Positions 1 to 6,641 of a stretch of 23,909 nt of DNA are shown piece by piece. Positions within the stretch are counted from its first letter, which is position 1. The number at the start of each line of letters is the position of its first letter. The notes beneath the pieces were generated by a model, which saw only the letters and a list, made by a program, of their open reading frames with translations, was not told the DNA's origin and made no database searches. The position numbers and the translations under genes are program-made. This DNA comes from Candidatus Velthaea sp. (GTDB lineage: Bacteria; Vulcanimicrobiota; Vulcanimicrobiia; Vulcanimicrobiales; Vulcanimicrobiaceae). The DNA lies in contig JBEKHC010000082.1 in NCBI GenBank assembly GCA_050012475.1, positions 1-23,909 on the forward strand, given 5' to 3'.

Positions 1-168
1 CAGGCACCGTTGCTCGCTCGGCTGCCGATCGACGAACACCTGGTCGAACTCGCCGACTTCGGACGGATCGAGGAGCTCGACGATCCCTTCGTCGACCAGC
101 TGGCTGGCCGGCTGAGCGGGATCCTGGCCGCGCGGCCGAAGCCGCAGCAAACCATTTCGATCATCTAA
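1..168 (+). CDS. 3' end of a CDS entering from the left edge; probable Mrp/NBP35 (ApbC-like) Fe-S carrier ATPase C-terminus
   Basis: Frame 1 is open from base 1 to TAA at 166-168: QAPLLARLPIDEHLVELADFGRIEELDDPFVDQLAGRLSGILAARPKPQQTISII*. 'LLARLPID..L.ELAD.GRIEE' resembles the Mrp/NBP35 C-terminal motif. Not in the supplied ORF track. Confidence 0.6.
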   Translation, partial: QAPLLARLPIDEHLVELADFGRIEELDDPFVDQLAGRLSGILAARPKPQQTISII

Positions 169-175
169 GTTCCGG

Positions 176-1396
176 TCAAGGCACGCCGCCGGCTGGGTCG
201 ATCGCCGCGATCGGCCAGTCGGCGAGTTTGCCGAGCGCCCCCTGCGGGAGCCGGGGACCAAACACGATCGATTTCGGCCGTTCGGCCGGCGTCAAGCGGG
301 CATCGAGGTACGGCCAAAGCTCGGCCAGCAGTGCATTCGGGTCGTGACCGGACTGCGGAACGACGAAGGCTTTGAGCCGTTCGCCCTCGTCGGGCCGCAT
401 GAGCCGGACCGCTGCCTCCGCCACGCCGGGGTGCTCGCGCAGCACGCCGGCAACCCTTTCGGGAAACACGTTGCTGCCCCCGACTTGCACGGCGCCCTCC
501 GCCCGGCCCGCCGGGCGGACGCGTCGTGACCCCTCCCACGTCAGCCGGTCCGGCGCGACGAACGTGCGCTCCGAGCCGTCGGCGCAGCACCGCACGAGGT
601 CGCGTTGGTCCGCCCCGCGCCGCCAGAACGAGAATAATTCGTAGGCCGCGGCGGGGTCGTCGCGCCAGCCGATTCCGGCCGTTTCCGACGATCCGTACAC
701 GTCGATAAAACGCGCCATGCCGGCGGCGCGCACGCCAAGTGCAACGTCCGGCGGACAGGGCGCCGTCGATGTTACACCGGTCGCACCGGCGGTGAGACGC
801 GGGACCGTGCGCACGAACGCGCGCCAGAAATCCGGAAAGCCGACGATGACGTCGCCGCTTTCGACCAACGAGGCGAGCCGGGCCGGCGCATGGGCACGAA
901 CATCGACGACGGTGCACCCCAACCGGGCCGGAAGCAGCACCGTGAACAAAAATCCGTAGATGTGGTGGGCCGCAACCGTTGCGATCACGCGGCGCGCACC
1001 GGCGAACAGCTGCGCCGATTCGGCGACTTCCGCTTCGAGGTCAGCCAGCGCGTGCACGCACCACTTCGGCTGCCCGGTGCTGCCCGAGGTGCGAAAGGTC
1101 AGCTCGGCCGAGAATCGCTCGAGGCCGCGGGCGACCGCGGTGGTCCAGTCACCCACCGTGGGCGAAGCCAACAGCGAATCGTCGATCCCAGCGTGGTGCA
1201 GATGAACCGCTTCCGCCAGCGCCGTGGCCAGCTTTAGCCGCTCGAGCGAATCGGTTCCCAGCTCGTCTTCAATTCGAACCGCATCCGCCCACGGCAAGCC
1301 CAGCGGCGCGCGGCCGGGCCGGATCTGCGCGAGTTCGCCGGCGAGAAGATCGCAGACGAACCGGTGCAGCGCCGCCCGGTCATGCCACCATCGCCC
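176..1396 (-). CDS. 4-coumarate--CoA ligase-like adenylating enzyme, photoactive yellow protein activation (pCL) family; 5' end uncertain
   Basis: Adenylation motifs TFRTSGSTGQPK, HHIYGFLF, YGSSET, GRAEGAVQVGGSNVFP and GKL. The N-terminal WWHDRAALHRFVCDLLAGEL and DSLERL..A.ALAEAVHLHHAGIDDSLL segments are as I recall for pCL-type proteins. The supplied ORF start (1669) lies inside rpiB, and no ATG/GTG/TTG is in frame at the apparent N-terminus (~1390). Confidence 0.75.
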   Translation of the reverse strand, partial: GRWWHDRAALHRFVCDLLAGELAQIRPGRAPLGLPWADAVRIEDELGTDSLERLKLATALAEAVHLHHAGIDDSLLASPTVGDWTTAVARGLERFSAELTFRTSGSTGQPKWCVHALADLEAEVAESAQLFAGARRVIATVAAHHIYGFLFTVLLPARLGCTVVDVRAHAPARLASLVESGDVIVGFPDFWRAFVRTVPRLTAGATGVTSTAPCPPDVALGVRAAGMARFIDVYGSSETAGIGWRDDPAAAYELFSFWRRGADQRDLVRCCADGSERTFVAPDRLTWEGSRRVRPAGRAEGAVQVGGSNVFPERVAGVLREHPGVAEAAVRLMRPDEGERLKAFVVPQSGHDPNALLAELWPYLDARLTPAERPKSIVFGPRLPQGALGKLADWPIAAIDPAGGVP

Positions 1397-1869
1397 TACG
1401 GCTTGGCCGCCTTCGTGCGATAGGACGCGTCGACCGCGTTCATCTTCTCCACCTTGCGCGTCGACGCGCCGCCGGCGAAGTCCGAGGCCAAGAACGCGTC
1501 GACGACCGATTTCGCGAGCTCCGGTCCGATGACTCGCGCGCCGAGCGCGAGGATCTGGGCGTCGTTGCTTTTGCGCGCGCGCTCCGCGCTGTACACGTCG
1601 TGGGCCTGCGCGGCGCGCACGCCGGGCACCTTGTTCGCCGTAATTGCCATCCCGATGCCCGTGCCGCAAATGAGGATCGCCCGCTGTTCGCGACCTTGCG
1701 CAACGGCGTCGGCGACCTTCTGCGCGACGTCGGGGTAATCGACGTCCGGAACCGCCTCGGCGCTTGCAATGCCGAAGTCGTCGACTTCCACACCGCGATC
1801 CTGCAAGTGCTTGACGATGATGCCCTTGAGACCGTAGCCGGCCTCGTCGTTGCCGATTGCTACCCGCAT
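1396..1869 (-). CDS. rpiB: RpiB/LacA/LacB-family sugar-phosphate isomerase, probably D-erythrulose-4-phosphate isomerase (DerI-like)
   Basis: Motifs VAIGNDEAG, VDYPDVA, ILICGTGIGMAITANKVPGVRAA and ERARKSNDAQILALGARVIG. DerI function is inferred from linkage to eltD and DhaK/DhaL genes. Confidence 0.92.
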   Translation of the reverse strand: MRVAIGNDEAGYGLKGIIVKHLQDRGVEVDDFGIASAEAVPDVDYPDVAQKVADAVAQGREQRAILICGTGIGMAITANKVPGVRAAQAHDVYSAERARKSNDAQILALGARVIGPELAKSVVDAFLASDFAGGASTRKVEKMNAVDASYRTKAAKP

Positions 1870-1873
1870 GCCG

Positions 1874-2536
1874 TCACCGCTTCGCTTCGAGCTGCGGTTC
1901 GGGCGCGCTTCCGTCGAGCGCGTGCAGCACCGTCCGCAGGATCAGCGCCGTGGAGGTGGCCCCGGCATCCTGGTGACCGCGCGTGCGCTCGCCGAGTTTT
2001 GCCGCCCGGCCGCGCTTGGCGATCATATCGCTGGTCGAGAGCGCACCGGCATCCGCCGCATCGCTCGCCGCGCGCAGGGTTGCGATGGCATCGGCGCCGC
2101 CGGCTGCCGCGGCCGCGGCGGCGTCGGCTGCCGGGATGAGGGCGTCGAGCATCGTCTTGTCACCCGCTACCGCCTTGCCGCGCACTTGGACGCCTTCGAC
2201 CGCGGCTTTGAGAATCGCAGCCACCGCGCTGCCGTCGAGCGCGGGCGCCGCGTTGGCGGCGGCGCCGGCGCGGATGAAGGCGGTGCCGAAGATCGGCCCC
2301 ATCGCAGCGCCGACCGCGTTGACCAGCGTCATGCCGATCTTCTGGAACGCCGCGCCCAGCGTCGCGGGCGGTTCGGCGGTCAGCGCGCTCTGTACGGCCC
2401 GCGCGCCGATCGTCAGACTGACGCCGTGGTCGCCGTCACCGCCGACCGCGTCGAGCGTCGAGAGCATGTCGGCATTGGTTTCGATCGCAGCGGCGACGAC
2501 GTTCACGACGTGCAGCGTGTCGGGCGTCTGCGCCAT
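1874..2536 (-). CDS. dhaL: Dihydroxyacetone/erythrulose kinase nucleotide-binding subunit (DhaL/DAK2)
   Basis: Motifs LDAVGGDGDHG, VGAAMGPIFG, GDKTMLDAL and AKRGRAAKLGERTRGHQDAGATS. Its ATG overlaps the upstream TAA (translational coupling). Confidence 0.93.
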   Translation of the reverse strand: MAQTPDTLHVVNVVAAAIETNADMLSTLDAVGGDGDHGVSLTIGARAVQSALTAEPPATLGAAFQKIGMTLVNAVGAAMGPIFGTAFIRAGAAANAAPALDGSAVAAILKAAVEGVQVRGKAVAGDKTMLDALIPAADAAAAAAAGGADAIATLRAASDAADAGALSTSDMIAKRGRAAKLGERTRGHQDAGATSTALILRTVLHALDGSAPEPQLEAKR

Positions 2537-3669
2537 TATTTGCCACCCGCGGCGGGCAGCAGCACGATCTTGAGCGAGTCCTCACCGCGCTCCATCGTCT
2601 CGAAGCCCTTCTTGAAATCGGCCAGCGGGAATTGGTGGGTGTTGATGCCGCGCACGTCGATCGTGCGGTCGGCGATGTAGCGGATCGCACGCGGATAGCA
2701 ATACGGCCCCAGATGCGCGCCGAGCACGTCGAGTTCTTTGCGGTCGCCGATGATCGACCAATCGACGGTCGTTTCGTCGGTGAACACGCTGAACTCGACG
2801 AACCGCCCCAGCTTGCGGATCATCTTCATGCCGATGTTGACCATCGGCGCATACCCGGTCGCCTCGATGAACACGTCGCAGCCGTAGCCGTCCGTGAGCC
2901 GGTTGATCTCCGCGAACACGTCGACTTCTTTGGGATTGAGCAGCACGTCGGCGCCCATGCGCTTGGCCAACGCCAGCCGCGACGGCTTGGCATCGAGCGA
3001 AATGAGCAGTTTGGGATTGCGCAGCCGCAAACCGCCGAGCATTCCCAGCCCCAACGTTCCGGCGCCCGCGACCACGACGATGTCGTCCGGCTCGACGGCC
3101 GCCCGTTCGACCGCGTGCAGCGAACAGGCCAACGGTTCGACGAGAATCGCTTCCTCGATCGGCACGCTGTCGGGTACCTTATGAACGATGGCTTCCTTGG
3201 TATAGATCATGTACTCGGCCATCGCGCCGTTCACGTTGTTCTGGAAACCGTAGAGATCGTGCTTTTGACACATCCAATATTGGCCGTGATTGCAGAACCG
3301 GCAGTGCCAACAGGGCACGATCTGTTCGGAGATGACCCGATCTCCGACGGCGATCTTGTGCTTGTCTGCTGCGCCTTCGCCCAGCGCGACGACCCGACCG
3401 ATGAATTCGTGGCCGGGAATCATCGGCGGCTTGACGTAGCGCGGCTGCTCCGCATCGCCCCAGAACGAGGGCGCGCCGTGCCAGGTCTTGATGTCGCCCG
3501 CGCAGATTCCGACCGCCTCGACGCTGGTGAGAACTTCGAGCGGCCCCGGCCGCGGGACGGGCACCGTTTCGAGCCGGTAGTCGCCCGGACCGTGGCAGAC
3601 GACGGCCGCCATGGTTGCCGGGATGCTGGTGGTCGCAGGAATGTCCGGCGTCGTGATTGTCATGCTCAT
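2536..3669 (-). CDS. eltD: Zn-dependent medium-chain dehydrogenase, erythritol/L-threitol dehydrogenase-like
   Basis: GHE catalytic motif and CWHCRFC..GQYWMC structural Zn site. AVVCHGP.DYRLE, FWGD, SEQIVPCW and VDWSII.D.KELDVLGAHLGPYC match my recollection of Mycobacterium smegmatis EltD. Confidence 0.88.
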   Translation of the reverse strand: MSMTITTPDIPATTSIPATMAAVVCHGPGDYRLETVPVPRPGPLEVLTSVEAVGICAGDIKTWHGAPSFWGDAEQPRYVKPPMIPGHEFIGRVVALGEGAADKHKIAVGDRVISEQIVPCWHCRFCNHGQYWMCQKHDLYGFQNNVNGAMAEYMIYTKEAIVHKVPDSVPIEEAILVEPLACSLHAVERAAVEPDDIVVVAGAGTLGLGMLGGLRLRNPKLLISLDAKPSRLALAKRMGADVLLNPKEVDVFAEINRLTDGYGCDVFIEATGYAPMVNIGMKMIRKLGRFVEFSVFTDETTVDWSIIGDRKELDVLGAHLGPYCYPRAIRYIADRTIDVRGINTHQFPLADFKKGFETMERGEDSLKIVLLPAAGGK

Positions 3670-3735
3670 GCGAAAGGCCCCTCGATTTCGTCAGCTCGGA
3701 TGAAACTTTGTTTCTTGCCGAAGAACGTGTAGACT

Positions 3736-3765
3736 ACGGTAATCCTTTACCCGCCGACGTGTCAA
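3736..3765 (-). promoter_or_regulatory. sigma70-type promoter for the eltD-dhaL-rpiB-pCL arm with overlapping LacI-type operator
   Basis: Minus strand reads TTGACA (3765-3760), 18-nt spacer, TACCGT (3741-3736). The imperfect palindrome GGTAAAGGATTACC occupies 3751-3738. Confidence 0.75.
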
Positions 3766-3822
3766 GAAGCTCCAGAGCGGCGTTGTCCGGGCTGAACGCG
3801 AACGCGATCGCAATGGAGGTAC

Positions 3823-4854
3823 ATGGCTAGCATAAAGGACGTGGCGGACCTGGCCGGCGTATCGGTGGCCAGCGTTTCGCGCGTGCTCAATACGAGCCGG
3901 CCGGTCGCCGCCGCCACGCGGGAACGCGTAATCGCCGCAGCGCGCCAACTCAATTACAGCATCGACCAGCGCGCGCGAGCGATCCGGCTCAAAAAATCCG
4001 GAACGCTGGGCCTGATCGTCGCCGACGTCGGCAATCCGTTCACCGCACAAGTCATTCGCACGATCGAAGCCGTGGCCTACCGGAACGGCAACGACCTCTT
4101 TTTGTGCAACTCGGACGAAGATCCCGACCGCGAGCGGCTCCATTGCCAGGCCATGGCAGCGCAGCGGATCGGCGGCGTCATCGTGCTGCCGGTAACCTTC
4201 AGCGGCGAAGCCTTCGCGCCGCTGGTGGGGAACGACATCCCGGTGGTCTGCCTCGACCGCAAGGTCGACGATCGAGCGCTCGATGCCGTGCTGGTCAACA
4301 ACGACGCCGGCGGCACGATGGCCGCCATCGCGCTGTTCGAGGCCGGGCATCGGCGCATCGCGGTCATCGGCGCAAACCGTACCACGCCCGGGCGCGATCG
4401 CGTGATCGCGTTCCGCCGCACGCTGCTCGAACGCGGCGTGACGCTCGAAAACGACTTGGTGCGTGAAGCGAACTACAAAGAAGAAGGCGGCTACAGCGAA
4501 ACGGTTGCCGTCCTCTCGCCCGAAATTCGGCCGACGGCCCTGTTCGTCGTCAACCACCCGATGACGATCGGCGCGCTGCGCGCGATCCGCGATTTAGGCT
4601 TGCACGTCCCGCGCGATTTGAGCCTCGTCGCCTTCGACGATCCGACTTGGGCGCCGCTGCTCGACCCGGCGCTTTCCACCATTCGTCAGCCGACCGATCA
4701 GCTGGGGACGTGCGCCGCCGAAATGCTGATCGAGCGGGTCGAGGGCCGCTACAGCGGACCCGCCCGCCTCATCCTGCTCCAACCCCAGTACATGGACCGC
4801 GCTTCGGTCGCAACCGTCCCCCCGAGCGCACCCTTGCTCGTATCGCGCAGTTGA
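3823..4854 (+). CDS. LacI-family transcriptional regulator
   Basis: N-terminal HTH SIKDVADLAGVSVASVSRVLN, hinge region ARAIRL, C-terminal sugar-binding domain (LSLVAFDD, LSTIRQP). RBS GGAGGT upstream. Confidence 0.96.
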   Translation: MASIKDVADLAGVSVASVSRVLNTSRPVAAATRERVIAAARQLNYSIDQRARAIRLKKSGTLGLIVADVGNPFTAQVIRTIEAVAYRNGNDLFLCNSDEDPDRERLHCQAMAAQRIGGVIVLPVTFSGEAFAPLVGNDIPVVCLDRKVDDRALDAVLVNNDAGGTMAAIALFEAGHRRIAVIGANRTTPGRDRVIAFRRTLLERGVTLENDLVREANYKEEGGYSETVAVLSPEIRPTALFVVNHPMTIGALRAIRDLGLHVPRDLSLVAFDDPTWAPLLDPALSTIRQPTDQLGTCAAEMLIERVEGRYSGPARLILLQPQYMDRASVATVPPSAPLLVSRS

Positions 4855-4875
4855 GCGAGAAAAGCGCGGATGCCG

Positions 4876-4904
4876 TTGACAGCGCGTTGGTAAAGGATTA
4901 CCAT
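4876..4904 (+). promoter_or_regulatory. sigma70-type promoter for the ATPase-dhaK arm with overlapping LacI-type operator
   Basis: TTGACA (4876-4881), 17-nt spacer, TACCAT (4899-4904). GGTAAAGGATTACC at 4889-4902 is identical to the site at 3738-3751 (minus strand). Confidence 0.8.
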
Positions 4905-4910
4905 ACGGCT

Positions 4911-5537
4911 CACGTGCAAGCTATTTCCACCACACCACGAGTTCCGCGGTGCCCTGAGTCATCCGCCGGGCGAAAGCATTGCGATATTTTCGAGCGGTGG
5001 ACTCATGGCGCGCCGGCCCGCTGACGAAAGCCGCCTCGGGGCGTCACCCTTTGCCCGTCGTATGCCGCGGCCGCGTATCAGACGATTACTTTCACGCATC
5101 CCGGTCCCATTGGCCCGCCGCACGGCAATCAACCCGGATGCGTGCTCCTCTGCCAAGTATTCGCGCCGCCTTCGAACGGCGCGGGGAACCGGGTCACCGC
5201 ATGCAGCCGCAAACTCGCCACGTTGGACGGCTCTGCTCCGGCCGGCGATCGGCGCGGTGCACGGCCGCAGCACAAACATTCAACGCGCAGCGAAGAGGCA
5301 GCGAAGGTTGATGGTTGTAATTGGTGAGGAACGTTTCGTCACGTTGCCCTCCCGGTCGCCGCGCTCGGGATCGCGGCCGCTCTCTTGCTCGCATTCATCC
5401 ACGCATCGAACATCCCCGACAAGAACCTCGGCTGCCCTCAGTTTCGTGCCGTCAGCGCAATTCGCGCACGGCCAAACGGCGGCAGCTTTTTGAAATCTCG
5501 TTCGCGGTCTTTCGTCTAGGAGCAGTGAAAGAGTACT
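4911..5537 (+). other. Long hairpin-rich putative 5' leader or non-coding region
   Basis: No convincing protein ORF between the promoter and the ATPase start. Inverted repeats include TGAGTC/GACTCA (4955-5005), TGACG/CGTCA (5022-5046), CACGCATCC/GGATGCGTG (5093-5144) and CGCGCCG/CGGCGCG (5162-5183). Confidence 0.45.
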
Positions 5538-6641
5538 ATGGCTAAAATAAAGCTCGAGCAGTTGACCAGGAAGTACGGCCCCGTCACCGCGGTCGACAAC
5601 GTGAATCTCGACATCAACGACGACGAGTTTCTCGTGCTCGTCGGACCGTCCGGATGCGGGAAGACGACGACACTGCGTATGGTTGCCGGATTGGAAGACA
5701 TCACCAGCGGCAGCGTCTTCATCGGCGATCGCCGGGTCAACGATGTCGAGCCCAAAGACCGCGACATCGCGATGGTCTTTCAAAGTTACGCGCTCTATCC
5801 GCACATGAGCGTGTACGACAACATGGCGTTCGGACTCAAGATGCGCAAGGTGCCGCCGGGCGACATCGAACGGCGCATCCAAGAAGCATCCGCGATGCTG
5901 GGCATCGGTCATCTGCTCAAGCGCAAGCCGCGCGAACTCTCCGGCGGTCAGCGGCAGCGCGTCGCGCTGGGGCGCGCGATCGTGCGCGAACCCGCAGTGT
6001 TTCTGATGGACGAGCCGCTCTCGAATCTCGACGCGCAGGTGCGCGCCAATACGCGCACCGAGCTGTTGCGCATCCATCAGCGGGTCAAGAACACCGTCAT
6101 GTACGTGACCCACGATCAGGTCGAGGCGATGACGATGGGCGACCGGATCGTCGTGATGAAAGACGGCATCGTGCAGCAAGTCGCGGAGCCCAAAGAGATC
6201 TACGATCACCCGGGCAATAAATTCGTGGCCAGCTTCATCGGCTCGCCGCCGATGAACTTCCTCGACGCCGAACTGCAAATGAAGGGCGACTCCGCGGTCC
6301 TGAGCGGACCGGCTTTCGCCTTCTCGATCAACGGCACGTCGGCGCAAAAATTGGCGGCGCTGCCCTCGCGCAGCGTCACCATCGGCGTGCGTCCCGAAGA
6401 CGTCATCGTGCACAGCAACGGTGCCGTCGCGGCCGCCGGCGGGATGCGTTCGCGCGTCGACGTCGTGGAAACGCTCGGCGCCGAACAACATCTGTTCCTG
6501 ATGGCCGACGGCAGTTCGCACGCGTTGCTCGCGCGGGTCAACGCCGATTTTCACGCCAAAATCGGCGATCAAGTGAATGCCACCATCGACCCCGCGAAGC
6601 TGCACGTGTTCGATCGGGAAAGCGGGGCCGCATACTTGTGA
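5538..6641 (+). CDS. CUT1 carbohydrate ABC transporter ATP-binding protein (MalK/UgpC/MsiK family)
   Basis: Walker A GPSGCGKTT, MVFQSYALYPHM, LSGGQRQRVA signature, Walker B FLMDEPLSNLDA, YVTHDQVEAMTMGDRI, FVASFIGSPPMN and a C-terminal TOBE-type region. Confidence 0.96.
   Translation: MAKIKLEQLTRKYGPVTAVDNVNLDINDDEFLVLVGPSGCGKTTTLRMVAGLEDITSGSVFIGDRRVNDVEPKDRDIAMVFQSYALYPHMSVYDNMAFGLKMRKVPPGDIERRIQEASAMLGIGHLLKRKPRELSGGQRQRVALGRAIVREPAVFLMDEPLSNLDAQVRANTRTELLRIHQRVKNTVMYVTHDQVEAMTMGDRIVVMKDGIVQQVAEPKEIYDHPGNKFVASFIGSPPMNFLDAELQMKGDSAVLSGPAFAFSINGTSAQKLAALPSRSVTIGVRPEDVIVHSNGAVAAAGGMRSRVDVVETLGAEQHLFLMADGSSHALLARVNADFHAKIGDQVNATIDPAKLHVFDRESGAAYL

Noticed and set aside
1397..1669. N-terminal extension of the 497-aa ORF (176..1669)
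   Set aside because: It is an alternative frame lying inside rpiB, Arg-rich and non-protein-like. Family resemblance starts only at about 1390.
4970..5035. Hammerhead-ribozyme-like words (GAAA at 4972-4975, CTGACGA at 5021-5027)
   Set aside because: The required stems I-III and the UH cleavage site cannot be formed in the correct register.
4945..5225. Cobalamin-riboswitch-like fragments (GGTGCCC, GGGAACCGGGT, GCCAC)
   Set aside because: Spacing is wrong, the CCCGCAACTGT and AGnCAG..GACC elements are missing, and the downstream genes are unrelated to B12.
5005..5493. 162-aa ORF and other short ORFs in the leader region
   Set aside because: Arg/Ser/Pro-rich with no recognisable motif or good RBS; typical of spurious high-GC ORFs.
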